Origin: Somniosus microcephalus
Lineage: Eukaryota
Reading direction: 5' to 3'
Length of the DNA: 64,000 nucleotides
Assembly: GCA_052327205.1 (NCBI GenBank)
Contig: CM126208.1
Span: 273,296,001-273,360,000 of the forward strand
In this document: positions 25,096-37,844 of the stretch, one piece after another
Layout of the letters: each line of letters opens with the position of its first letter
How positions within the stretch are numbered: position 1 is the stretch's first letter
Notes under the pieces: generated by a model
Told to the model about the DNA's origin: nothing
Databases searched by the model: none
Seen by the model: only the letters and a program-made list of their open reading frames with translations
Position numbers and translations under genes: made by a program

Positions 25096-26606
25096 GTAGG
25101 CACTGAGCTCAATTGTTGTGGCGCTAACCCCAGCTCTGATCATGGCTGAGATTGTTTAACTGAGCACAGAACAGGAATTAAATCTGGGGTGTTGGCCTGA
25201 CTCTTTCTTGGCGGGCAGGGTGGTCGGGGGGGGGAGCGGCGGTGGTGGAATTCTAATGATTGCTGGAGCTCTCTAATATATTTTCTGTTGGTACTTTATG
25301 TACTGCTCTTATCACTCTAGAATTTCAGTTCCATCCACTGCACAACACTTGCAACTTTGCCAACCATGACTTGATATTGAAATTGGACTGACTTGCATGG
25401 GAACAGATTTCACAAACGTTGATTGCTACTTCTGTTGGGATGTTACATGAGCACATGCTCCTCCCATTGCTACAGCCACACTTTACTATATTAAAAAGTT
25501 TAAAAAAAACTATCATCAGTAGAATAAATGCCACACTGTTCCTTTGCTTACCCATATGATGAGGTGAGTTTAGAAACTATACAGTATTGCTGTTTGTTCC
25601 ATAGTTCACTTTCTTTACACAAAGGTAGACACTAAAAATGGCTCTCGGTGAGATACAGAGTAAACGTGTCCCTTGCTTCATTCACTGAACTTGTTATAGT
25701 GAGGATCAAGAGTTCACCCTTTTGTGCAGGTTGCTGGCTTTGTGTTTAAAACTCTGATGTGACTAGATAATCTGCACATTACAGAAACTGATCTATCATT
25801 TGGCATGAAAAGTAATTTTGTTACATTTTTCAGGGTTGGGTATCTTAACCTACGAGTTGATCTTTTGCCAGACATAATTATTGACCAATGTGGAACACTT
25901 CACCTTTGCAGCAAGATAGTCAACACCGTTATAGACCTAATGCTTCCCCTACGCACTTGTACGTGTACCTTTTTTAGGCCTCGTTAAACACAGATGAAGT
26001 GAAAGTCATTAATTTTTTTGCTGTAAAATATTAACAACAAAGGTTTGACACCATCAAGAATTCTAATTAAGCTGCCTGAAATAACTCTCCAATTGTGCCA
26101 GTTAGTCTTCTGGGAGACCTGGCATTGGCTGAGCTTGTGTGTAACAGTGCGATACTCATTAAACTGTGCGTATTGTTGGCCGATCTTCGGAAGTTATTTT
26201 CAAGAATGAGCAATTGGATATCACACTGCCTGCCATTCATGTCCCCGCACATGCAGCACACACAAAGACACGCATACCAAGTTCTGCTTTCTTAAGGGGG
26301 AAGAGAGCGTAAGAGGAGGATATAATGATTTAGTTGCTAGTTGAATTCACCTCTTCCAGATCATAGAACTGTTTTTATAATAAACACTGGTTGTCTGAAG
26401 CTCTATCTCTCCCTCCTAACCAGGATCATTATGGCTAAAACTTGTGGCTGATTGCATCACTACAAGATAATTACAGCTAAGAAAGGCTATTTGGCTCACC
26501 TTAATGCACCCATCAGAATTTAATTCTAAGGTTCCCCCCATTGTGGTATTCAAATGTTTCTTCAGCGAATCTAGGGTATTCACTTATTCTGAAGAACTTG
26601 CATGCA

Positions 26607-27018
26607 AGGGTATGGTTGTGTCGTGGTTATGTTACTGGGCTAGTAACTCAGAGGCCTTGACGAATAATCCAGTTAATGTGAATTCAAATCCCACTATAGC
26701 AGTTTGAGAATTATGAATTCAGTTTCTTTAAAAAAATGGAAATAAAAATCTAGTATCTGTAGAAGTGATCAGGAAGCTGTTGGATTGTTGTAAAGACTCA
26801 ACTGGTTCATTAGTTTACTTTAAGAAAAGAAACTTGCCCAGTCTGGCCTATACATGACTTGAGCCCCACACCAACATGGTTGACTCTTGACTGACCCCTG
26901 ACACGCAGTTGTATCAAACTGCTGCTCAAGAAAAAGGCCCACCGCCACCTTCTCGGGGCAACTAGGAGTAGGTAAATAAATGCTGCAGCAATGCTCATAT
27001 GCCAAGAATTAATAAAAA
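26607..27018 (+). mobile_element. tRNA-derived SINE whose 3' tail matches the Daphne/Crack-like LINE
   Basis: A/B-box-like head (gtgtcgtggtta, aattcaaatccc). Tail caagaaaaaggcccaccgccaccttctcggggcaactagg...aataaatgctg resembles the LINE 3' end at 48660-48755. Confidence 0.7.
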
Positions 27019-27354
27019 TGACTGATACCAGTTCTAAATTACCCTTTTATTAGTTTCAACCTGTGTCTCCTTGTCCTACTGCTATAATTTAAAATAATAT
27101 TCCGATTTACGATTTTTAATTTTCTTAATTATCTCATAACTCAGAGCTCAAAGACTAGGGATCAGCCTTGATCTTTTCTGCACTGCTTCTAGTGCCTGAA
27201 TGTTTTGTTTTTTGGTGACCTAAACTGGGCATAGTACCTAATGTGGTCTGACTAAAGCACTGTACAGATTGATCTATCTATTTATTCCTGTACTGCAGTT
27301 GTGTACAGGTATCGCTGCCTTTGTGCATCTGCTCCGTTTTTCAATGTTTTAACA

Positions 27355-27609
27355 TGTAAAGTCTGTGGGTTGTTTAGTTAATTAATACACAGACTACCAG
27401 AGTAACTTAAAACAGGACTTTACTATTCGAAGGTCAGGGCGAATCTGCCAAATAAATCCTGACACAACACTTATATACTGGTGTGGTCACCGTCGGTATT
27501 ACAGTATACAGAAGCCAAACAAAGTAGTGCCACACCTAAAATAGTTCTCTTAAAGGTGAACGGTTACATACAATAGTTCTCTTAAAGGTAGACGGGTACA
27601 TACACTACA
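27355..27609 (-). mobile_element. Probable solo LTR (255 bp)
   Basis: TGTA...TACA termini, flanks taaca/gaaca (5-bp TSD with one mismatch), internal direct repeat atagttctcttaaaggt. Confidence 0.6.
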
Positions 27610-28180
27610 GAACACTTACAGTTTTGCAAAGGTATCTCCTATTTCGTGAATTTAAAAGGTTTGCAAGATTGCAGATGCAGGAACTCAAAAGAAAATGTCA
27701 AGTGCTTTTTTTTTCTTGGAGATGACCACGTGAAATACTTCGATTAATTTTTTTTCATGTTGCATTTAACTATTAAATGGTAAACAATCTAGCTTCAAGT
27801 TAAATGTTAGAACTTTGACTGTCATTTGAAGTGATACCTATTGAGTGAGCTGTTTCACTCCCCCCCGCCCCGAACATCCCCGCACCTAGATCTTGGTTGG
27901 GCTGCTAATTGGATGAATTCACTAACCATCCTTCACCCCTAATTGAAGGAGGAATTGTGGTGTGGCAGTATGATATGGTGCATGAAAGCCAAATGGTGTA
28001 AGTGTAGCCCAGTGACTGCAAATTTATAGCCTCTAGGATGTGGAAATGAACCTCAATGTTGTTTTTCTCCTGGACACACCTCTGATATGTGTACAGGAGA
28101 ACTTTCTCAATCGCTATGTCTCCAGTCCAGCAAAGAAGGAAGCTGTGTTGGATCTGGTTCTGGGAAATGAAGTAGGGCAA

Positions 28181-31100
28181 ATAAGAACATAAGAAATAGG
28201 AGCAGGAGTAGGCCATACGGCCCCTCGGGCCTGCTCCGCCATTCAATAGGATCATGGCTGATCCGAATCTAGACTCACGTCCACTTCACTGCCCTCTCCC
28301 CGTAACCCCTAATTCCCTTATCTGCTAGGAAACTGTCTATCTCCGATTTAAATTTATTTAATGTTGCAGCTTCCACAGCTCTCTGGGGTAGCAAATTCTG
28401 TAGATTTACTACCCTCTGAGTGAAGAAGTTTCTCTTCATCTCAGTTTTGAAAGGGCAGCCCCTTATTCTAAGATTATGCCCCCTAGTTCTAGTCTCACCC
28501 ATCCGTGGAAACACCCTCCCGATCAAGCCCCCTCACAATCTTATATGTTTTGAGAAGATCACCTCTCATTCTTCTGAACTCCAATGAGTAGAGGCCCAAC
28601 CTACTCAACCTTTCCTCATACGCCAACCCCCTCATCTCTGGAATCAACCGAGTGAACCTTCTCTGAACCACCTCGAGAGCAAGTATATCTTTTCTTAAAT
28701 ATGGAAACCAAAACTGCACGCAGTATTCCAGGTGTGGCCTCACCAATACCTTGTATAACTGCAGCAAGACGTCCCTGTTTTTATACTCCATCCCCCTTGC
28801 AATAAAAGCCAAGATTCCATTGGCCTTCCTGATCACCTGCTGCACCTGCATACTAACTTCTTGTGTTTCATGCACCAGGACCCCTAGATCCCTTTGTACT
28901 GTAGCACTTTGCAGTTTCTCTCCATTTAGATAATAACTTGCTCTTTGATTTTTTTCTGCCAAAATGCATAACCTCACACTTTCCAATATTATATTTCATC
29001 TGCCAAATCTCTGCCCACTCACTTAGCCTGTCTATGTCCTTTTGCAGGTTTTTTATGTCCTCCTCACTCACTGCTTTCCCTCCCATCTTTGTATCGTCGG
29101 CAAACTTGGATACGTTGCACTCGGTCCCTTCCTCCAAATCGTTAATATAGATTGTAAAGAGTTGGGGTCCCAGCACTGACCCCTGCGGAACACCACTAGT
29201 TACTGATTGCCAGCCCAAGAACGAACCATTTATCCCAACTCTTTGTTTTCTGTTAGATAGCCAATCTTCCACCCATGCCAGTATATTACCCCCAATCCTG
29301 TGATTTTTTTATCTTGATCAGTAATCTTTTGTGTGGAACCTTGTCAAATGCCTTTTGGAAGTCCAAATACACTACATCCACTGGTTCCCCTTTATCCACC
29401 CTGTATGTTACATCCTCAAAGAATTCGAGCAAATTTGTCAAACATGACTTCCCCTTCATAAAACCATGCTGACTCTGTCCTATTAAATTATGTTTATCCA
29501 AATGCTCTGTTACTGTTTCCTTAATAATGGACTCCAACATTTTGCCAACCACAGATGTTAGGCTAACTGGTCTATAGTTTCCAGCTTTTTGTCTACTTCC
29601 CTTATTAAATAAGGGTGTTACATTAGCAGTTTTCCAATCTGCTGGGACCTTTCCTGAGTCCAGGGAGTTTTGGAAAATAATCACCAATGCATCCACAATC
29701 TCTACCGACACTTCTCTCAAGACCCTAGGATGTAGGCCATCAGGTCTGGGGGATTTATCCGCATTAAGTCCCATTATTTTACCAAGAACCACCTCCTTAG
29801 TGATTTTAATTGTGTTTAGCTCCTCCACCGCCCCCCCCCCCCCCCCCCCCCCCATTGCCCCCTGTTTGTCCAGTGTTGGGATATTTTTAGTGTCCTCTAC
29901 TGTAAAGACTGATACAAAATATTTGTTCAGCGTCTTTGCCATCTCCATGTTCCCCATCACTAGTTTCCCGGTCTCATCCTCTAAGGGACCAACGTTCACT
30001 TTAGCCACCCTTTTTCTTTTTATATAGCTGTAGAAACTCTTGCTATCTGTTTTTATATTTTTTGCTAGTTTACTTTCATAATCTATCTTCCCTTTCTTAA
30101 TTAATCTTTTAGTTATTCTTTGCTGGCTTTTAAATGCTCCCCAATCTTCTATCCTCCCACTAGATTTGGCTACTTTATATGCCCTTGTTTTCAGTCGGAT
30201 ACTATCCTTTATTACTTTACTAAGCCATGGATGGCTGTCTTTTCTTTTACTCCCCTTTTTCCTCAGTGGAATATATTTATCTTGAAAGATGTGAAATATC
30301 TCCTTGAATGTAGACCACTGCTCTTGTACCGTCTTACACTTTAATCTGTTTTCCCAGTCCACTTTAGTCAATTCTACTCTCATACCTTCATAGTCTCCTT
30401 TATTTAAGCTCAGTACGCTGGTTTGAGATCCAATTCTCTCACCCTCAAACTGAATTTGGAATTCAACCATATTATGGTCACTCATTCCAAGGGGATCCTT
30501 TACTAGGACATTTTTTATTAATCCTGTCTCATTACGCAGGACCAGATCTAAGATTGCCTGCCCCCTGGTTGGTTCAGTTACATACTGTTCAAGGAATCCG
30601 TCCCTAATACACTCTATGAACTCTTCCTCAAGGCTGCCATGCCCAATTTGATTAGTCCAGTCAATATGAAAGTTAAAATCCCCCATGATTATAGCTGTTC
30701 CCTTATTACAAGCCCCAACTATTTCCTGATTTATACTCCGACCAACAGAGTTGCAACTGTTAGGAGGCCTATAGACTACGCCCACTAGTGACTTCTTCCC
30801 CCTATTATTCCTTATCTCCACCCAAACTCTTTCACTATCCTGATCCTTTGACCCAATATCATTTCTGAGTATTGCAGTGATTCCATCCTTGATTAACATA
30901 GCAACCCCACCTCCCTTTCCTTCCTGTCTGTCCTTCCTAATTGTCAAATACCCTTGTATGTTTAGTTCCCAGTCATGATCATCTTGCAGCCATGTTTCCG
31001 TAATGGCCACCAGATCATACCCATGTGTAGTTATTTGTACCGTCAACTCGTCTATTTTGTTATGAATGCTGCGTGCATTCAGATAAAGAACTTTCAAATA

Positions 31101-31729
31101 TGTTTTTTGACAATTTATTCCTGCTTTTACCCCTTTTACTACTTTACCTTTATCATTATACATTCTGTCCCTTCCTGACATGCTCTGGTTTTTAATTTCC
31201 CCACTGCTACCTTGCTCTATTGCCTTCTCCGCTGTCATTTTTATTTTTCACTCTCTTAAAACCTCCCCCCACTAATTAGTTTAAAGCCCTCTCTACAGCC
31301 CTAGTTATTCGATTCGCCAGGATTCTAGTCCCAGCACTGGCCAAGTGGAGTCCGTCCCAACGGAACAGATCTCTCCTGTCCCAGTACTGATGCCAGTGTC
31401 CCAAGAAGCAAAACCCATTTTTCCCACACCAGTCTGAGCCACGCACTTAACACTCTAATTTTATTTACCCTAGCCAAATTTGCACGTGGATCAGGTAGTA
31501 ATCCAGAGATTATTACCCTTGTGGTTCTGCTTTTTAATTTGGCCCCTAGCTGCTCAAACTCCCTCAGCAGAACCTCTTTCCTTGTCCTATCTATGTCGTT
31601 GGTACCAACATGGACCACGACAAGTTTCTCTCCAGCCCAGAGGAGATGTCCTTAACCCTGGCACCAGGCAGGCAACACAGCCTTCGGGACTCTCGCTGTC
31701 AGCTGCAAAGAACCCTATCTATCCCCCTA
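28181..31729 (-). mobile_element. Near full-length young CR1 LINE
   Basis: ORF1 esterase remnant (VHVGTNDI...IISGLLP, 31325-31618), 650-aa ORF2 segment with APE endonuclease (YLNARSI, ITETWL, YRPPNS, GDFN, SDH) and RT start, RT continuing across frameshifts, intact 3' tail. Confidence 0.95.
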
Positions 31730-33910
31730 ATGGAGTCTCTTACAGTAAGAGATGATCCAGCTGACAGTGACCACAACATAATTTGGTTTAGAGTAATTGT
31801 GGAAAGAGACCAGAAAATATCGAAGGTAAAAATGCTCATTTGGGGAAGAGCTAATTTCGGTGATTTAAGAAGGTACCGAGCACAAAGGTTGATTGCAGGG
31901 TGAAGCAGTAACGGAGCAATGGAAGAGTGTTCAGGTAAAGGCTAGACATGTTCTTTTTGAAGGGAAGAGGTAGAGCATCCAAAGCTTATGCACCCTAGAT
32001 GACAAAGGAAATAACACAGGAAAAGGAGGCTTATGACAAATGTCAGGAGCAAGATTCAGTTAATAAACTGGAAGATTATGGAAAGTGCAGGAAGGAATTG
32101 AAAAAGTTAATGGGGAGGCAAAGAGAGGTTTCGAGAAGATTTGCAGGCAACATTAAATTAACCCTAAAACATTATATAAATATATAAAGTGTAAGAGGTT
32201 AGCGAGGGAAAAAGTTGGGCCTATTAAGAACCCAAAGGGAAATCTTCATGTAGAGACAGAGGACATGGCTAAAGTATTAAATGAATACTTTGCATCTGTC
32301 TTCGCAAAGGAAGCGGGTGATGTGAAGGTTATACTAAAAGAGAGGGAAGTTATGGACAGGATAGGAATAGATCGAGAAGATGTACTAAAAAGATTAGCAT
32401 TAGTGAAAGTTGGTAAATCGCCTGGTCCGGATGGAATGCATCCCAGGTTGCTGAAAGAAGCAACGGTAGAAATAGCAGAGGCGTTGGTCACAATCTTTCA
32501 ATCCTCAATGGATACAGGAGCAGTGCCGGAGGACTGGAGGGTTGGTAATGTTAGACCACTATTCAAGAAAGGGGAGAGGGATAACTCGGGGAAACTAGGC
32601 CAGTCAACCTAACATTATTGAAAAGTTATTGGAAGCCATTATCAGGGACAAAATAAACTTTCATTTGGAAAGGCATGGGTTAATCATGGAGACCGACCAT
32701 GGATTTGTTAAAGGCAAATCGTGTCTGACTAACTTGATTGAATTCTTTGAGGTAACAGCGAAGGTTGATCAAGGTAGTGCAGTAGACGTGTATATAGACT
32801 TTCGGAAGGCATTCAACAAAGTGCCACACAGGAGGCTTGTTAACAAGATGGAAGCCCATAGAAACGGAATTGGTCAGTGACGGGAAGCAGAGGGTGTTGG
32901 ATGGATGTTTTTCAGACTGGGGGGTGGTTTCCAGTGGTGCTCCTCAAGGGTCAGTTTTGGGTCCATTACTCTTCAATTTTTATAAATGACCTACACATGG
33001 GTGTAGGGAGCAGCATCATAAAGTTTGCAGATGATACAAAACTTGGCGAAGTAGTAGATGGTGATGAGGATGGTTGTAGATTTCAGGATGACACAGACAG
33101 GATGGTGAAATGGACAGAAGCAGGGCAGATGGAGGTCAATGCGGAGAAGTGTGAAGTGATGGGCTTTGGGGGACGAATCTGGAAAGACAGTAAACGATAA
33201 ATGGTGTGATTGTGAAAAGTGTCGATGAGCAGAGAGACCTCGGTGTCCATTTACACAAATCCTTAAAGGTGGCAGCGCAAGTTGATCAGATGGTTAAAAA
33301 AGCATATGGGTTACTTAGGTTTATAAATAGAGGAATAGATTATAAAAACAAAGAGATCTTGCTAAACTTTATAACTCCGTGGTTTGGCCTCAGCCGGAGT
33401 GTTGTGGACAATTCTGGAAACTACATTTCAGGAAAGATGCCGCGGCCTTAGCACAGGTACAGAGGAGGTTTACCAGGATGAGGGACTTCAGTTATGAGGA
33501 GAGGCTGGAAAAGTTAGGACTGTTCTCCTTGTAACAGAGAAGGTTAAGAGGTGACCTAATGGAGGTTTTCAAGACAAGAGGTTTTGAGAGAGTAGTTGGA
33601 GAAAATCTATTCCCTCTGACGATTGGGTCAATAACTAGAGGTCACAGATTCCAAGTCATTGGAAAAAGATGGAGAGCAGAGATGAGGAGAAATGTTTTCA
33701 CTGAGTTTTCGGGATCTGGAAGGCTCTGTGGTGGAAGCTGATTCCATAACTAATTTTGAAAGGGAGTTGGATGGTTACTTGAGGATGAGGAACTGACAGG
33801 GTCACGGACACAAAGCGGGGGTGTGGGACTGAGCACCACTGCTCGTTCAAAGAGCCGGCACAGGCACGACGGGCCGAATGGCCGCCTGTGCTGTAAGTTT
33901 GTATGATTTT
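31730..33910 (+). mobile_element. Older CR1 LINE whose upstream part lies at about 27900-28180
   Basis: SDHNIIWF, KSPGPDGMHPRLLKE, KFADDTK. The sequence at 28140-28180 (gtgttggatctggttctgggaaatga) is the segment preceding SDH. Confidence 0.85.
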
Positions 33911-34717
33911 CAGTATCTTGAACTGTCCCAATTGTACCATGAGTGCTTGAGTGATCAGATTTCAAGTAAAAGTAATGCCTGTTTACTTATAATCTCCAAT
34001 ATTAATAATTAGGCTGTACAAATCAGCCACCAAAATAAATGACTCTTGACAAAATTGCAGAGGGGAAGAGACTATTTTGGATATTTTGTACTTTTGATTG
34101 TCTCTTTCACTCTTCTGATCTCCGAAGTGGTGACTTTCATTGGGCCTCTAATGCCTTGTCCAAATATTAATTCATAACATATGAATATTAGTAGGCAAGG
34201 GCAAATGAAACCTGGCATACAAAGACACACTTGTAGCAGCGTTGCTGTACTGCAGTTTGGAGCAGGAACCATGGCTGGTATTCCTCCCCTGCCCCTCCCT
34301 CTGCAGATGTGATGTGGTTCATCGTAGCATCTGGCTGAAATGAGCTAACTCGACAGGAATGAGGAATGAATCTTCCCTCTGTGAATGTTCAATGTGGTGC
34401 GTTTAGTCAGTTATCAGTGGATCCTTGAGTCGGTTTGTACTGGATATAATGCAAGGCTTGACATTTTCACACAACAAAAAGTTGCTATTTTCTTCATCAT
34501 TGAACTTTTCATTAATATGTACATTTTGGAGCAATAGTAACAAAAATCAAAGGAAACGATAATCGCTCTCGGTCTGAGTGACCTACTTGGCTAGTGACTT
34601 TTGAGAAGGGTATGATTAGTGAATTTGATATTTCTGGATGCATGATAACACTGGCCTCACTGTTTTATAAATAGTACATATGAACTGCCTCACCTTTTTT
34701 TGGTCTGTGCTTTTCCT

Positions 34718-35318
34718 CATAATCATAATCAACTTTTATTGTCATTGTTAGTGCACAAGTGCAGTACAACGAAATGTAGGCTTGCGGCTCCCGAGAGTGT
34801 ACATTTAGATTAAGACATTTAAACATTCAACATACATTTGGCTTGTAATACATTAACATAAACATAACCCTAATAAAGTGCATCGGCAGGTGTGCAGGCT
34901 TTAGAGTTTATTTGTGGAGTTCAGTAGGATGACAGCCCTGGGAAAGAAGCTGTTCCTAAATCTGGTCGTACGGGTGCGAATGCATCTGTAGCGTCTCCCA
35001 GATGGCAGGAGGGCGAACAGACTGTGGCTGGGGTGGGTAGGGTCTTTGATGATGGTCTGTGACCACCGTAAACAGCGTTTCTGGTACATGTGCTCTATGG
35101 TCGGTAGCCGGGTGCCGGTAATGCATTGGGCAGTTTTGACTACCCGCTGCAGGGCTTTCCGGTCATAGTAGCTACAGCTGCCATACCATACTGTGATACA
35201 GTTCGTCAGGATGCTCTCTATTGTGCAGCGGTAAAAGTTAGAGAGGATCAGGGGTGACAGGTTACATCCCTTCAGCCTCCTTAGGAAATATAGGCGCTGC
35301 TGGGCCGCCTTCATCAGA
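34718..35318 (-). mobile_element. Rex1/Babar LINE 3' fragment
   Basis: AQQRLYFLRRLK...NFYRCTIESILT.CITVWYG...RFRNSFFP, with a short tandem-repeat tail (tgatta)n. Confidence 0.9.
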
Positions 35319-36263
35319 AAGCTACCTGGAGGTTTTAGGATTTTGTTCCGCCATGGGATGTGAATTGCTGTTGCAAATACTATATTGTATACATTAGCAT
35401 ACTTTGAGTTTCTTTATTGCTCAATCAGTTAGAAAGGGGTGCCATTGAGGTTCTGATAAACTTTGTTGATCAGAATTTTTTCTTGAGTGAAAATCAGATG
35501 AGGGGGAATATGATTTCAAATGAGCATGGACTGAAATTGTGGTCTGAAGACACCTTATGTTGAAGGAATATTGTCAGTTGCAGAAATGTGGTTCTCTGAC
35601 TTTTGGCAGCATTTTGTAATGTTAAAATCCCAGTCTTTCAAAGACCCACATTTTCATGGACCTTGTGAGCTAAGATTTAGCTCCACTTAAACTAATCTTG
35701 CAAAGCCCTGTTCTCTTGCTCTTAGCTTTGGAATTATGTATCTCTGGCCTTGATAATTGGTGTTGGCTCCAATTAAAGTAAACATGGGACACTTGAGGTT
35801 TGAGTGCTGCTCCCCGGGAGTCCTTGTGAAAACATAAAGATGCCTTCAGTTCCAGTTATGGAGTGGGATTTCTCTACAGTTAGATGCCGTGTTGTCCAAG
35901 AAAGATGCTGTATGAAGCACTCTTCAGTCTTTGTGACCTCGCAAGAAATGTCAAATCTTGTCGTTGCACTGCAATGTTTGAAGTTTCACTTTTTATCGTG
36001 GCTTCCAGTTTCAATTTATTCTGCCTTTGCTTTAAGCAAAGGCTATGCTCCTTGTCCTTGTGCGTTGCATAGATTTGTACGATGGAATTTTAGGGGCCAT
36101 ATGAAGTTTAAATCCACATTCCAGTAAACTTTATATATCAAGTTACTGATCTTTACAGATTTTGGTGTAATGATTTATCCACCAAATAAAGCCGATTTTC
36201 CTGGGCTTTGAGAGTCAGATTGCCAGGGTAAGGGGCTGCATAGTCCACAAGCTGCTCTTTGGA

Positions 36264-36507
36264 TAAATCAAAAATAAAATACTGCAGATGCTGGAAATCT
36301 GAAAACAAAAACTGAAAAGGCTGGAAATGCTTATCTGTGGAAAACAGAAGTCACTCGATGTTTCAGGCCTTAAGACCTTTCTGCAGGACTGGGAGGTATT
36401 TCATCTGTAATCTCTCCTAGTCCTGAGGAAGGGTCTTGAGGGATGAAATGTTGGGTGGCTTCTGTATTTCCACAGATGCTGCATGACCTGAGCATTTCCT
36501 GCTTGTT
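36264..36507. mobile_element. Inverted pair of Penelope pseudo-LTR halves
   Basis: The left half is a reverse-complement pLTR and the right half is a forward pLTR. 12-bp TSD ctgctctttgga at 36252-36263 and 36508-36519. Confidence 0.7.
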
Positions 36508-36516
36508 CTGCTCTTT

Positions 36517-36720
36517 GGACACCCTTGCTTTAAGGGGGGGGACACCCTTGCTTTAAGGGGGGGGACACCCTTGCTTTAAGGGGGGGGACACCCTTGCTTT
36601 AAGGGGGGGGACACCCTTGCTTTAAGGGGGGGGACACCCTTGCTTTAAGGGGGGGGACACCCTTGCTTTAAGGGGGGGACACCCTTGCTTTAAGGGGGGG
36701 ACACCCTTGCTTTAAGGTGT
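36517..36720. repeat. Minisatellite, 9 copies of a 22-23 bp unit
   Basis: Unit acacccttgctttaag(g)n, with starts at 36519, 36542, 36565, 36588, 36611, 36634, 36657, 36679 and 36701. Confidence 0.95.
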
Positions 36721-37448
36721 ACAACCTTCTTTGCTCTGCTTGACGCATCTTGAGGTGCACTACCAAAATAGATTTTCCTTTTGTCTCCTTTTCTCTTCGA
36801 ACAAACATTATAAGCAGCCTCCAGGTTTCCAAGTGGTCCCAGCTGCAGGTTCGAGGTCATTTTGGAATCATTTGATTGCTTGAGACTGCCAGTAGGGGAG
36901 TACTGTTGAAGTTTCTCCATGACAATCTGATAAATCCAGAGCTGGGGGGTGACGGAGGAGTGACAAATTCAGTATTGGTAAACATTCGGGTGGATTTTCT
37001 CATCCTGCATGAGGCCACCTGCTAGCATGTAAACCAGTAGGCCAACTGCAGCTCGGACACCCACCTCATCATTTTGCAGGGTGAGTGCATACGCTTCTCT
37101 TTCTGTATCCCCGAGAAGGAGTTCTTGGAAGATGGGAGCTACGGCAACAGCAAGGGTGAGAACATGGGATTAAACCATTGACGAGGCCTGAAGAGCTGGT
37201 AGTTCGTGTGAGACTGTACTCTTGAAAGGTAGAGGGATGTATGGTGACGTACCTGCAGTAGTGCAAGTTACAAGCAGTAGACTGAAGCGATCAACTGTGC
37301 CAAGGTCCGGGCAAGTGGTCACTGTTGTCTCAAGGATCAAAGGTCAGTTCCCCGAGTAGACCAAAGGGGTTAATATGGCAATTTCTGTGGCTTGGAGTCA
37401 AATTGAGATGACGAGAAGTTTATGATGGTGCAAATTGGGAATAAACTA

Positions 37449-37844
37449 CAGGTAGACTACCCTTTATCCGAACTTCCGAAAACCGAAACCCTCTAAAAAC
37501 CGAAGGTTTTTTCGTTCAGCGTAAGTCGTGCGCACGACTTACGCTGAACGAAAAAACCTTCGGTTTTTAGAGGGTTCCGGTTTCGGAAGTTCGGATAAAG
37601 GGTAAGTCGTGCGCACGACCCCCCGCCGACCCCCCCCGCTGACCCCGACCCCCCCCGCCGGCCCCGACCCCCGCCGACTTACGCTGAGCGTCAGCGTAAG
37701 TCGTGCGCATGACCCCCCCCGCCGGCCCCGACCCCCTGCGGACCCCCGCCGGCCCCGACCCTCCCGCGGACCCCCGCCGACCCACCTTCCGAAATCCGAA
37801 ATTCTCCGAAAACCGAAACACGGCTGGTCCCGAGGTTTTCGGAA
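37449..37844 (-). mobile_element. MITE family C copy with a fold-back palindrome
   Basis: TA-caggtagactaccctttatccg. 37785-37843 is the reverse complement of 16670-16728. Confidence 0.8.

Noticed and set aside
29286-31238. 650-aa host protein-coding gene
   Set aside because: It is CR1 ORF2, frameshifted within RT, so neither a host gene nor an autonomous copy.
36517-36720. CRISPR-like palindromic repeats
   Set aside because: Head-to-tail repeats separated only by G runs, with no spacers or cas genes.
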